A stretch of 49,364 bases of DNA from positions 1-49,364 of the forward strand of contig JBBUGO010000014.1 in assembly GCA_038056025.1 (NCBI GenBank), written 5' to 3'. Shown piece after piece: positions 24,638-34,323 of this stretch; the first letter of the stretch is position 1; the number at the start of each line of letters is the position of its first letter. Source of the stretch: Patescibacteria group bacterium (lineage in GTDB: Bacteria > Patescibacteriota > Minisyncoccia > 2-02-FULL-40-12 > GWA2-44-9). The position numbers were made by a program, and so were the translations under genes. The notes below the pieces were generated by a model. It saw nothing but the letters and a program-made list of their open reading frames with translations, did no database searches and was not told the origin of the DNA.

Positions 24638-24710
24638 TGGGCCTGCCTGGATTCGAACCAGGAACCTAACGGATATAAGCCGTTTGCTCTAACCGTTGAG
24701 CTACAGGCCC
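24638..24710 (-). tRNA. tRNA-Ile (anticodon UAU)
   Basis: The reverse complement reads GGGCCTGTAGCTCAACGGTTAGAGCAAACGGCTTATATCCGTTAGGTTCCTGGTTCGAATCCAGGCAGGCCCA. The anticodon stem pairs AACGG with CCGTT, and the loop is CTTATAT. Confidence 0.8.
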
Positions 24711-24721
24711 ATGCGGATATT

Positions 24722-26542
24722 CTACGCGCTTCCTATGAGTGCGTAAAATTCTTTCTGTTCGAGAGTCTCTTTCTCGATGAGCGCTTGGGCTATTCTTTCC
24801 AAGTGCTCGAGCTTCTGGGTAATGACTTTTTTCGCGGTGGTAAACGCGCGCGTCAAGAGTGCGCTCACCTCACGATCGATTTCTTGCGCAATATGTTCTG
24901 AATAATTGCGTTCGGTGCCGATTTCTTTGCCCAGGAATACCAGCTCATCTTTTTCTCCGAATGTAACCGGCCCGAGTTTTTCGGACATGCCGTATTGCGT
25001 GACCATCTTGCGCGCGATATCAGATGCCACCTTCAGGTCGTTGGATGCTCCCGTGGTTAACTCTTTAAACTTTAATTGTTCTGCGGTATAGCCACCCAGT
25101 AAGACCGCAAGCTCTGACTCGAATTCAGATCGTGATTTCAGGTGCTTGTCCTCCGTAGGAAGTTTGAGGGTGTAGCCGCCGGCTCGACCGCGGGATACAA
25201 TCGAAACCTTATGCACCGGATCCGTGTGGGGAAGCGATGCGGCAACCAACGCATGGCCCGCTTCGTGGTAGGCGGTGATTTCTTTTTCCTTTTTGGAAAA
25301 TGCATGCGAGCGCCGCTCTGGCCCCAGGATTACTTTTTCAATGGCCTCAAAGATATTGTCCTGGTTAATATGCGTCTGTCGCTTGCGAGCGGCCAGAATA
25401 GCTGCTTCATTGACGAGGTTGGCAAGATCAGCACCGGAAAATCCGGGAGTGCGTTCAGCAACTTTTTTGAAGTCCACATCAGGTGCAAACGGCTTATCCT
25501 GCGCATGAATACGCAAAATGGCGTCTCGGTCTTTCAATGATGGCTCATCCAGAAGCACGCGGCGGTCAAATCGTCCGGGTCGCAGCAGTGCCGGATCGAG
25601 AATATCGGGGCGGTTGGTGGCGGCCATCACAATAACGGCCTCGTGACGGTCAAAACCATCCATCTCTACAAGGATCTGGTTAAGCGTCTGCTCGCGTTCA
25701 TCATGACCGCCGCCAAGACCGGCGCCGCGATGGCGGCCAACCGCGTCAATCTCATCGATGAATACGATGGAAGGAGCGGTCTTCTTTGCCAGATCAAATG
25801 TATCGCGCACACGATTGGCGCCTACGCCGACGAACATCTCAACGAACTCCGATCCGGAGACATAGTAGAACGGTACCTCGGCTTCGTTGGCAACCGCCTT
25901 TGCCAGGAGCGTCTTGCCAGTTCCCGGTGACCCGATAAGGAGAATGCCGCGCGGAATCCGAGCACCCAGTTTATGAAAGCGCTGGGGGTCCTTAAGAAAC
26001 TCAACGACTTCCGACACTTCTTCTTTGGCCTCTACCAATCCTGCGACATCCTTGAAGGTGATTTTTTTCTTTTCATTATCAAGGTTGGCCAAGCGTGCGC
26101 GGGTTTTGCCAAAACTGAAGGCCTGCATGGAGCCCTTTTGCGCCTGCCGGAACATAAACCAGAAGAGGGCGATGATGATAAGAAGGGGAATGAGCGTAGG
26201 CAACAGTGACGAGAGAATAACTGCTAATCCACCGGGATCGCGCACCTCAATGGCAACTTTTGCAAGCTTATCCTTGTCAGCGCCTAGAGCGAGCAAGCTT
26301 TCGCTTACCGAAGCATCCGATTCCTTTTTCGCAACGATCACGGATTTGTCGGCAAGCGTGACGGTGAGTGTATGTCCCTCTACCACGATTTCTTTTGCGC
26401 TCCGGTCGTTGATATGGGCGACGATTGCAGATAAGGGAACCGTAGTAGTATCGCTAAACGAACCATCCAACAATGCCGCAATACCGGATGCGGCAAAAAG
26501 GATTAAGGTGACCAATGCAATATATTTGGTGATTCGAGACAT
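24722..26542 (-). CDS. ftsH: ATP-dependent zinc metalloprotease FtsH
   Basis: 606 aa with two TM helices. Walker A is [11 protein letters not shown]. The second-region-of-homology segment is present. The zinc motif is HEAGHA. Confidence 0.95.
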   Translation of the reverse strand: MSRITKYIALVTLILFAASGIAALLDGSFSDTTTVPLSAIVAHINDRSAKEIVVEGHTLTVTLADKSVIVAKKESDASVSESLLALGADKDKLAKVAIEVRDPGGLAVILSSLLPTLIPLLIIIALFWFMFRQAQKGSMQAFSFGKTRARLANLDNEKKKITFKDVAGLVEAKEEVSEVVEFLKDPQRFHKLGARIPRGILLIGSPGTGKTLLAKAVANEAEVPFYYVSGSEFVEMFVGVGANRVRDTFDLAKKTAPSIVFIDEIDAVGRHRGAGLGGGHDEREQTLNQILVEMDGFDRHEAVIVMAATNRPDILDPALLRPGRFDRRVLLDEPSLKDRDAILRIHAQDKPFAPDVDFKKVAERTPGFSGADLANLVNEAAILAARKRQTHINQDNIFEAIEKVILGPERRSHAFSKKEKEITAYHEAGHALVAASLPHTDPVHKVSIVSRGRAGGYTLKLPTEDKHLKSRSEFESELAVLLGGYTAEQLKFKELTTGASNDLKVASDIARKMVTQYGMSEKLGPVTFGEKDELVFLGKEIGTERNYSEHIAQEIDREVSALLTRAFTTAKKVITQKLEHLERIAQALIEKETLEQKEFYALIGSA

Positions 26543-26566
26543 GGTAGCTAGGAAGAATGTGTAAGG

Positions 26567-27655
26567 TTACGGAACGGGAGAGAGGACAATCTTGTGATTG
26601 GCGGGGTCGATGCTCACAATGGACAATGGATATTCTCTGCCAACTTCGAACTGGGCTAGGGCTTCGGGGGTCAATGCCGTAGAGGGGATGAGGCCGACAA
26701 TATCTCCCGGCAGTTCCACGAAAATACCATTAGCGCGCACCTTGATGACGCGTCCCTGCACCTTTTGATCAACTTGGTAGTGATCCTGTATGGTCAGCCA
26801 GGGATTGTCTTTTAGGGCTTTCAGGGAAAGCGAGACACGGCCCCCATCCAAACTGATGATTTTTGCCGAAATAGTCTGACCCGGCTGAAGAACATCGCGA
26901 GGGTCTTCGACATACTTCCAGTCAATTTCCGAAGAATGGATAAGTCCATCAAGCGTTTCACTCAAGCGGACAAATGCACCGAAATCAGTCACCTCCGTCA
27001 CGGCACCCTCGACGATCTGGCCTACCGAAAGTTTGGCAAGCTCTTCTTTGACCACTTCTTCCTGAATGGCGCGCTCGGAAACAATGAGCTTGTGTTCCTG
27101 TTCTGAATAATCGAGGACTTTTACCTTAAATTCCTGTCCCTTGAATTTTTGCAGTGCTTGGACGATTTTCGTGGTATCGCCGCCCTCCACGCGCGGGTAG
27201 TGTTCGGGAGCGAGCTGGGACAATGGCAAAAATCCCTGGACGCCTTCAATCTGCACAATGAGACCCCCTTTATTGATGTTCATGATGGGCGTGGCGATGA
27301 CTTGTCCTGTTTCTCTGAGTTCTCTAATGCGTTGCCATGCGGTGGTCAACTGTGCGGCCTTGAGCGATAACTCGCGGTAGCCCTCGTCGCTCTCCAGTTC
27401 GATGAGCATCGTGGATACCGGGTCGCCCGGCTTCAGAGCCCGCATACGATCAGGGTTATCGTAAAACTGCCCGGGGTATACGATGCCGATGCCGGACGAT
27501 CCAAGGTCAACCAGGACGCTTGATTTTGATGCCGCGATGATTGTCCCAGTTAAAATCTGCCCTGGTTTGGGCAAATGATATTCCTCTTTCGCCAGGAGGT
27601 CTTTCATCGACTTGGCGCCATTGAGAGAGGCAGTCATATTCATAAAATAAGACAT
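26567..27655 (-). CDS. rpsA: S1 RNA-binding domain protein (ribosomal protein S1-like, four S1 repeats)
   Basis: 362 aa with repeated OB-fold S1 motifs (GQILTGTIIA..., GQVIATPIMN..., GQIVEGAVTEVTDFGAFVRL..., VQGRVIKVRANGIFVEL). Confidence 0.8.
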   Translation of the reverse strand: MSYFMNMTASLNGAKSMKDLLAKEEYHLPKPGQILTGTIIAASKSSVLVDLGSSGIGIVYPGQFYDNPDRMRALKPGDPVSTMLIELESDEGYRELSLKAAQLTTAWQRIRELRETGQVIATPIMNINKGGLIVQIEGVQGFLPLSQLAPEHYPRVEGGDTTKIVQALQKFKGQEFKVKVLDYSEQEHKLIVSERAIQEEVVKEELAKLSVGQIVEGAVTEVTDFGAFVRLSETLDGLIHSSEIDWKYVEDPRDVLQPGQTISAKIISLDGGRVSLSLKALKDNPWLTIQDHYQVDQKVQGRVIKVRANGIFVELPGDIVGLIPSTALTPEALAQFEVGREYPLSIVSIDPANHKIVLSPVP

Positions 27656-27746
27656 CCGATACTCTACATGATATAGCGTAATTTTGCAAGCATTTTTGAA
27701 TCATTTTTCTCTTGCGAAATAAGCCATTTTTTGATATCATGGAGGT

Positions 27747-28385
27747 ATGACGATAAGTTGGTTTGGGCAGAGTTGCTTCCGCATTGAGGCGAAAGAGGGG
27801 AGCCTTCTCATTGATCCATTTTCAAAGGAAATTGGGCTCCGGCCGCCGAAAATTAGGGATGATTTGGTATTGGTGACGCACGCGCATTATGATCATAACC
27901 ATACCGAAGGAACAGAAGAGGGAGCGCTCATTATTGCAAACCCGGGAGAGTATGAGCGCAAGGGGGTCGCCGTGCTGGGCATTCGCTCGTTTCATGACCG
28001 TACTAGCGGTGCAGAGCGAGGCCTCAATACTATCTTTGTTATTAAAGCGGAAGATATGACCGTGTGCCATCTGGGCGATATTGGGCAGGAGACCTTGACC
28101 GAGGAGCAGGTCGAGATGATCGGCGATGTTGATGTGCTCATGGTTCCCGTGGGCGGTACCTTTACGGTAGGATCCAAGGAAGCCGCCGCAATCGTGTCGC
28201 AGATTGAACCAAAAGTTATCATTCCCATGCACTATAAGATTCAGGGCCTTGCCATAAAAGAGCTGGATGGACCGGAAAAATTTGTCAAAGAGATCGGGTT
28301 GAGCCCTGAAAAGACGGAAAAGTACCGGATTGTGAAAAAGAATCTGCCCGTTGACGAGACCAAACTCGTCATACTCACGGCGTAG
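27747..28385 (+). CDS. MBL-fold metal-dependent hydrolase (UPF0173-like)
   Basis: 212 aa. It begins MTISWFGQSCFRIE and contains VLVTHAHYDHN. Confidence 0.8.
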   Translation: MTISWFGQSCFRIEAKEGSLLIDPFSKEIGLRPPKIRDDLVLVTHAHYDHNHTEGTEEGALIIANPGEYERKGVAVLGIRSFHDRTSGAERGLNTIFVIKAEDMTVCHLGDIGQETLTEEQVEMIGDVDVLMVPVGGTFTVGSKEAAAIVSQIEPKVIIPMHYKIQGLAIKELDGPEKFVKEIGLSPEKTEKYRIVKKNLPVDETKLVILTA

Positions 28386-28395
28386 TACACGCGTT

Positions 28396-28767
28396 ATGTC
28401 ATTACTCAAAGAAATTCAGAAACAACCACTCCACGTACGACAACTGTTATTCGGCCTTTCCATGCTCGTGGTAATTCTTGTCGTCGGATTCGTATGGTTG
28501 AGCTCATTCCAACGCGAGGTCTATGCGTTGCTCAACCCCAGCGCTGAAGACCAGCAGCAATTTGCGGCACAAGCCCAGGAGGCGCTCCCGCTGCGTGCAA
28601 CCATCAGTACGATGTTCAACACGCTGCGCGCGAGCGTCTATAACCTTTTTAACTTCAACGATACTGAACAACCGCAGGAGAGTGCTCCGCGTTCTCAAGA
28701 CACGGGTGTGCGCACATTACCGACCGCGGGTATACGCAGTACGCCTCGTCCCTCTCCGGGGATCTAA
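28396..28767 (+). CDS. Hypothetical membrane-anchored protein
   Basis: 123 aa from MSLLKEIQKQ. It has one TM helix followed by a low-complexity tail. I recognised no motif. Confidence 0.4.
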   Translation: MSLLKEIQKQPLHVRQLLFGLSMLVVILVVGFVWLSSFQREVYALLNPSAEDQQQFAAQAQEALPLRATISTMFNTLRASVYNLFNFNDTEQPQESAPRSQDTGVRTLPTAGIRSTPRPSPGI

Positions 28768-28773
28768 TATACC

Positions 28774-31206
28774 ATGCAGAACGGAACGCCCCCGATTGTT
28801 ACCAGAGAAATTACCGAGGAGATTCAACGCTCCTATCTTGATTATGCGATGAGCGTCATTGTCGCGCGCGCGCTTCCCGATGTGCGCGACGGTTTGAAGC
28901 CCGTGCATCGGCGCATTTTATGGGGTATGTGGGAAAGCGGCAATGTTGCCGGTGCAAAACTACGTAAATCAGCCAACACTGTCGGCGAAGTTATGGGACG
29001 CTACCATCCGCACGGAGATACAGCGATCTACGACTCGCTCGTCCGTATGGCACAGGATTTTTCACTCCGCTATCCGCTCATTCAGGGGCAGGGAAATTTT
29101 GGAAATGTTGACGGTGATGCCGCTGCAGCGATGCGCTATACCGAAGCGCGCCTGGCATCCATTGCGCATGAAATGCTGGAGGATATCGACAAGGATACGG
29201 TGAATTTTCGCCCCAACTACGATGGTTCTCGACGGGAACCAACCGTCCTGCCGGCGCGCATCCCCAACCTTCTTGTTAATGGGTCTGTAGGTATTGCCGT
29301 GGGGATGGCAACGAGTATCCCGCCCCATAATCTAGGAGAGGCGCTCGATGCCCTGATACACCTTGCCGATAATCCGGAGGCAGACCTTGGCGACCTCATG
29401 CAGTTCGTGAAAGGGCCGGATTTCCCCACGGCAGGTTTTATCTATAACGAGCGGGACATTATCAACGCCTATGCTACAGGACGCGGGCCCGTCGTGATGC
29501 GTGGCAAAGCAGAAATCGTGGAGGGGAATAAGAATTTTCAGATTATCATCAACGAGATTCCCTACCAAGTAAATAAAGCGGAATTAATCATCAAAATTGC
29601 CGATCTCGTTAAGGAAAAGAAAGTTGAAGGCATCCGAGATCTTCGCGACGAATCTGACCGGGAGGGAATGCGCATTGTCATTGACCTCAAGCAGGATGCG
29701 TTTCCCAAGAAGGTTCTCAATCAGCTGTACAAATACACCGAGCTCCAGAGGACGTTCCACTTTAACATGCTCGGATTGGTGGACGGCATCCAGCCACAAA
29801 TTTTGGGCTTAAAGCCGTTGCTGGAAAAATTTATTGAACACCGCCGGGAAGTGGTTACGCGGCGCACAAAATTCGATCTTACCAAGGCAAAAGATCGCAC
29901 GCACATCCTTGAGGGTCTTTCCAAGGCGCTGGATCATATTGATGCCATTATCAAACTCATCAAAGCATCCGAATCGCGCGATGACGCCCACCGTCAACTC
30001 ATGGCGAAGTTTAAGTTTTCCGATAAACAGTCCAGCGCTATTTTGGAGATGCGCTTGCAGGCATTGGCAGGCCTTGAGCGCAAAAAAATCAATGATGAAC
30101 TCAAGGAAAAACGCGACCTCATCACGTATTTGGAGGGCCTTTTGGCAAGTCCAAAGAAGATACTCGGAGTGATCAAGGACGAATTCAAAGATATTAGGCA
30201 AAAATTTGGTGATGAGCGCCGGACCAAGGTAGTCAAGTCGGAGCTGAAAGAAATCGGCGAAGAAGAATTAGTCCCCGAGGAGAATTCACTCTTTATGCTC
30301 ACCCGCGGCGGCTACATCAAGCGGCTTTCGCCCGATGAACTGCACGCTCAAAAGCGCGGCGGTAAGGGTCTCATGGGAATTGCAACCAAAGAAGAGGACG
30401 TAGTGAGCCATTTCTTTTTGGCTAATACCCATGATGGGCTTTTATTCTTTACTAATTCCGGGAAGGTATTCCATACCAAGGGATATGAGGTGCCGGAATC
30501 ATCCCGTCAATCCAAAGGCAGGTCGTTGGCGAACTTTTTGCAGGTTTCAACCAACGATCGAATCACCGCCGTGGTGCCGATCCCCAAAAATAAAAAAGGT
30601 CTCTATCTGTTTATGACTACGGCCAATGGCGTTATCAAAAAAGTTGCCATGGATGCGTTTGAGCAGGTGCGCCGCAACGGCATGATCGCCATTAATCTCA
30701 AGGGAGACGATGAGCTGCATTGGGTACTGGCGACCTCCGGCATGGATCAGATTATTTTGACTACCTCTGACGGCAATGCAATTCGTTTCAGCGAAAAGGA
30801 CGTTCGTCCCATGGGGCGCGCCGCGGCAGGCGTGATCGGTATTCGCTTAGAAAAACAGCAACGTGTGGTAGGGGCTGATGCGGTTCCGGGTGGAGTAGAA
30901 AAAGGACTTCAGCTTCTCGCGGTCATGGATCGCGGGTATGGCAAGCGCACCGATGTAAAAGCATATAAAGTACAAAAGCGCGGCGGCAAGGGTATTATGA
31001 CGGCAAAGATAACTGATAAAACGGGCCCACTGGTGTCAGCGCATATTGTTTCAGAAGAAAATAAAGAACTGATCGCAGTATCGCAGAAGGGACAAGTTAT
31101 TCGCACGAGCGTAGAGAGTATTTCGGTACTCGGCCGTGCGACACAGGGCGTTCGTGTCATGCGCCTGGATTCCTCGGATCGTGTTGCCTCGGTTGTGTTG
31201 GTATAG
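28774..31206 (+). CDS. gyrA: DNA gyrase subunit A
   Basis: 810 aa. Conserved segments are [16 protein letters not shown] and [27 protein letters not shown], and the active-site region is AMRYTE. The C-terminus is a beta-pinwheel. Confidence 0.95.
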   Translation: MQNGTPPIVTREITEEIQRSYLDYAMSVIVARALPDVRDGLKPVHRRILWGMWESGNVAGAKLRKSANTVGEVMGRYHPHGDTAIYDSLVRMAQDFSLRYPLIQGQGNFGNVDGDAAAAMRYTEARLASIAHEMLEDIDKDTVNFRPNYDGSRREPTVLPARIPNLLVNGSVGIAVGMATSIPPHNLGEALDALIHLADNPEADLGDLMQFVKGPDFPTAGFIYNERDIINAYATGRGPVVMRGKAEIVEGNKNFQIIINEIPYQVNKAELIIKIADLVKEKKVEGIRDLRDESDREGMRIVIDLKQDAFPKKVLNQLYKYTELQRTFHFNMLGLVDGIQPQILGLKPLLEKFIEHRREVVTRRTKFDLTKAKDRTHILEGLSKALDHIDAIIKLIKASESRDDAHRQLMAKFKFSDKQSSAILEMRLQALAGLERKKINDELKEKRDLITYLEGLLASPKKILGVIKDEFKDIRQKFGDERRTKVVKSELKEIGEEELVPEENSLFMLTRGGYIKRLSPDELHAQKRGGKGLMGIATKEEDVVSHFFLANTHDGLLFFTNSGKVFHTKGYEVPESSRQSKGRSLANFLQVSTNDRITAVVPIPKNKKGLYLFMTTANGVIKKVAMDAFEQVRRNGMIAINLKGDDELHWVLATSGMDQIILTTSDGNAIRFSEKDVRPMGRAAAGVIGIRLEKQQRVVGADAVPGGVEKGLQLLAVMDRGYGKRTDVKAYKVQKRGGKGIMTAKITDKTGPLVSAHIVSEENKELIAVSQKGQVIRTSVESISVLGRATQGVRVMRLDSSDRVASVVLV

Positions 31207-31256
31207 TGGGGATAATTCGACTGAAAGCGTACCCCCGGCATGGTATACTGTAGGGG

Positions 31257-31841
31257 ATGAGTTTTGTTGTCCAAAACCCAGCACTAAGAGGGAGTGCTCC
31301 TGTCGGAACAAAGGGGTTTCTCAATGCGCAAACGGTAACCGATGATCTCGGACTCCGCCCTGGAATGCGTGCAGCTGATTTCGGATGTGGTTCGGGGTTT
31401 TTTACGATGCTCATTGCCAAGCGAGTGGGGAAAGAAGGCAAGGTGACCGCGATTGATGTGCAGGAAGCGGCGCTGGACAGTATTCATGCAAAAGCCAAAG
31501 AAAAGGGCTTAATGAATATCGATGCTGTCCATGCCGACCTGGAAGTTCCGGGAAGCTCGCGCCTGGCAGATGGCTCACAGGATGTAGTGCTCATGGCGAA
31601 TGTATTGTTTCAATCGCAGAAGAAGGCAGACATTCTCACTGAAGCAAAACGGGTGCTCGCCTCCTCGGGTCGTCTCGTTATTCTCGAGTGGGATAAAGGA
31701 ACCGGCGGATTTGGTCCGCCCGATGAATTGCGTATGGATCGTGAGGCGATGAAACAGTTGGTGCAACAACAAGGATTTGCGTTTGAACGCCTGCTCGAAA
31801 CCGGACAGTATCACTACGGACTAGTATTTACCAAGCCCTAA
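31257..31841 (+). CDS. Class I SAM-dependent methyltransferase
   Basis: 194 aa. SAM-binding motif I is DFGCGSGFF. Confidence 0.7.
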   Translation: MSFVVQNPALRGSAPVGTKGFLNAQTVTDDLGLRPGMRAADFGCGSGFFTMLIAKRVGKEGKVTAIDVQEAALDSIHAKAKEKGLMNIDAVHADLEVPGSSRLADGSQDVVLMANVLFQSQKKADILTEAKRVLASSGRLVILEWDKGTGGFGPPDELRMDREAMKQLVQQQGFAFERLLETGQYHYGLVFTKP

Positions 31842-31845
31842 TATT

Positions 31846-33162
31846 GTGGATTTAGGAACTTTTGCCAATTCGCGACGCGTCCTTTATATCCTCGTAGCCG
31901 GTATTGTTCTGCTGGTGTTTTTGACCGTGATTCTTATCGTCAGAAGTTTCGGTGATCGAAATGCTGACCGGGCGGTGCTTCGGTTTTGGGGAGTATTTGA
32001 CCTACCAGCGGCATTTGAACAGGTGGTACGAGAATTTGAGGGGCTTCATCCGAATATTCGCATTGAATATTCGCAAATGAGCTATGAGGATTACGAAAGC
32101 TCGGTGATCAGCGCTTTAGCGGCCGGGACGGGACCCGATGTTTGGATGATTCACAATACCTGGCTTCCCAAGCATGCCGATAAGCTTCGCCCCATGCCCA
32201 ATGAGGTGCTTAGTCAGCAGGGTATGACGACGCGAGAGTTTCAAGACGCATTCGTTGAGGTGGCCTATGCTGATTTAGTGCGCAATGACGGCATCTATGC
32301 ACTCCCCCTATATATAGATACGCTCGGGCTCTACTATAACCGCGATTTGTTCAATGCCGCTGGCATCGCCAGTCCGCCGCGAACATGGAAAGAATTTCAA
32401 GATGTCGTTGCGCGGCTGACAAAATTTGACCAGAGCAATAACATTATTCAGTCCGGTGCGGCGATCGGCTCGGCACGCAATATCAATCGTTCGACCGATA
32501 TTCTCATGTCGCTCATGCTGCAAAGCGGGGTACAGATGACCGATCCCGGGGGAACGTCAGCGACATTTTCCCGTTCCGTGGATAACCAGCGCGTAGGAGA
32601 CAACGTGCTCCAGTTCTATACGGATTTCACCAATCCCTCAAAGGTGGTGTACTGCTGGAATGATGATCAGCACTACTCCATCGATGCTTTTATAGAAGGT
32701 ACCACCGCGATGATGTTTAACTATGCGCATCAACAGGATGTATTGCGTACACGCGCATCACGGCTGAACTTTGCGGTTGCGCCGATACCCCAACCAACCC
32801 TTGACGACGTGCGCACCTACGCGAGCTACTGGGCGCCTGCCGTATCAGCCGCATCATTGTATCCCGAGCAAGCGTGGGCATTTGTTCAGTATCTTGCGTC
32901 GCGTCAAGGCGCGCTTGCCTACTTGAATACTGCGCGGCGACCAGCGGCGCGGCGCGATCTCATTGAACTTCAGCGTAACGATGCCGATCTAGGCATCTTT
33001 GCGGTGCAGGCGCTTGCGGCGCGCTCATGGTATCAAGCAGACAGCCAAGCCATCGAGACCATCTTCGCTGACATGATTGATGATGTGAATTTCAGCCGTG
33101 CGTCCATTCAGGATGCGCTGGAGCGTGCAGAAAACAGGGTATCAACTCTTATGAACCGGTGA
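31846..33162 (+). CDS. Extracellular solute-binding protein (ABC family 1-like), membrane anchored; no permease or ATPase partner in the window
   Basis: 438 aa with a GTG start and an N-terminal TM helix. Its length and motifs (PDVWMIHNTWLPK, YIDTLGLYYNRDLF) are typical of sugar-type SBPs. It overlaps the next gene by 4 nt. Confidence 0.7.
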   Translation: MDLGTFANSRRVLYILVAGIVLLVFLTVILIVRSFGDRNADRAVLRFWGVFDLPAAFEQVVREFEGLHPNIRIEYSQMSYEDYESSVISALAAGTGPDVWMIHNTWLPKHADKLRPMPNEVLSQQGMTTREFQDAFVEVAYADLVRNDGIYALPLYIDTLGLYYNRDLFNAAGIASPPRTWKEFQDVVARLTKFDQSNNIIQSGAAIGSARNINRSTDILMSLMLQSGVQMTDPGGTSATFSRSVDNQRVGDNVLQFYTDFTNPSKVVYCWNDDQHYSIDAFIEGTTAMMFNYAHQQDVLRTRASRLNFAVAPIPQPTLDDVRTYASYWAPAVSAASLYPEQAWAFVQYLASRQGALAYLNTARRPAARRDLIELQRNDADLGIFAVQALAARSWYQADSQAIETIFADMIDDVNFSRASIQDALERAENRVSTLMNR

Positions 33163-34295
33163 TGCGCAAGACATTTCTCATACTAGGTACGGTCGTGGTT
33201 CTCTTCAGCGCGTTGGCTCCCATTGCGTATGCCGTTGACTGGTGGCCGCTGGTGCCGTGCGGACTAAATGAGCCCCCAGCCGGTAGGCCGCGATTAGATG
33301 CCTCCTATTATCAGCCGTGCAATCAGTGCGATCTCTTTAAGCTTTTCAAAAACATTATTGACTTCATTCTCTTTGGAGTGGTACCTGTTTTCGGCACGCT
33401 GTTAGTGGTGGTTGCGGGATTTATGATGCTCCTAGGCGGCGCTAATCCATCGCTCTATTCTCGGGGCCGCGCAATGTTACAGAATGTCTTTTACGGCATC
33501 ATGCTCATCGCATTCTCATGGCTCATTGTAACGTCGCTCTTGCGCACCGTGCTGGGCGATGAGAACAAGGCAACCCAATGGTGGAAGATTTCCTGCACGG
33601 CAAGAGTGCCGGGCGTCACGCCGACCCCTACACCAGCTGCGGGTAGTTGTACTGGGGTGGCATGCTCTGGCGATACTTCAAGTGTATGTGGGCCTGTAAA
33701 TCCCGGTGACGGCTGCGACGTCGGAGTAATTGGCGGACTTGCAAGCGATATTTCTGCTGGTGCTGGCACGAGAAGTGTTTGTTCTGGTGTAGATACCGTA
33801 AAACTTCTCAAAGCAGTTATGGCCAATGAAACGGGAGGGCGATTCATTAATTCCAATGACGGCAAATCCGCGGGGCCATACCAGCTAACCATAGACACAG
33901 CTAATAGATTCATGAGCGCCTGTGGCGTTACGGCGACCATCGATTTTGACTGGCTTAATACGAGAAACACACTATCAGCGCAATCATGTATAGCGGCTGA
34001 ATTCCTGAAAACACTGGTAGGTCCATGCGGATGCGATGTGCGCCAGTTAGCGGCGGGCTACAATGGGGGAGGAGCCCAGCTTGGTGCATGCGAAACGAGT
34101 ACGAATTGTGGACCTGCGGCAAAAGCCCAGGGCGGGGAATGCTCCATGTGTGCGGGCCAGACCGGACCGACGCGGCGGTGGGAATGCTTATGGGACGATA
34201 ATGAGCATAAAGTTTGCAATAAAGATCGCGCTGGGAACTTCAGTGCAACACGAATCTATGCTCCGCACGTGGAATTTTGCTATGGCGTTTTCTAA
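33159..34295 (+). CDS. T4SS-pilin-like N-terminal domain fused to an SLT/VirB1-like lytic transglycosylase domain
   Basis: It has a signal peptide and the motif LVPCG...PCNQCDLFKLFKNIIDFILFGVVPVFGTLLVVVAGFMMLLGGANP, a two-TM hairpin. The C-terminal SLT motifs are ANETGG, GPYQLT and AGYNGG. The protein is Cys-rich. Confidence 0.65.
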   Translation: MMRKTFLILGTVVVLFSALAPIAYAVDWWPLVPCGLNEPPAGRPRLDASYYQPCNQCDLFKLFKNIIDFILFGVVPVFGTLLVVVAGFMMLLGGANPSLYSRGRAMLQNVFYGIMLIAFSWLIVTSLLRTVLGDENKATQWWKISCTARVPGVTPTPTPAAGSCTGVACSGDTSSVCGPVNPGDGCDVGVIGGLASDISAGAGTRSVCSGVDTVKLLKAVMANETGGRFINSNDGKSAGPYQLTIDTANRFMSACGVTATIDFDWLNTRNTLSAQSCIAAEFLKTLVGPCGCDVRQLAAGYNGGGAQLGACETSTNCGPAAKAQGGECSMCAGQTGPTRRWECLWDDNEHKVCNKDRAGNFSATRIYAPHVEFCYGVF

Positions 34296-34323
34296 ACGGT
34301 GTTTTTACGAGAAGTGATATAAT

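Noticed and set aside
24413-24901. ORFs 24413..24619(-) and 24635..24901(+).
   Set aside because: They overlap tRNA-Val and tRNA-Ile, and the latter is antisense to the ftsH 3' end.
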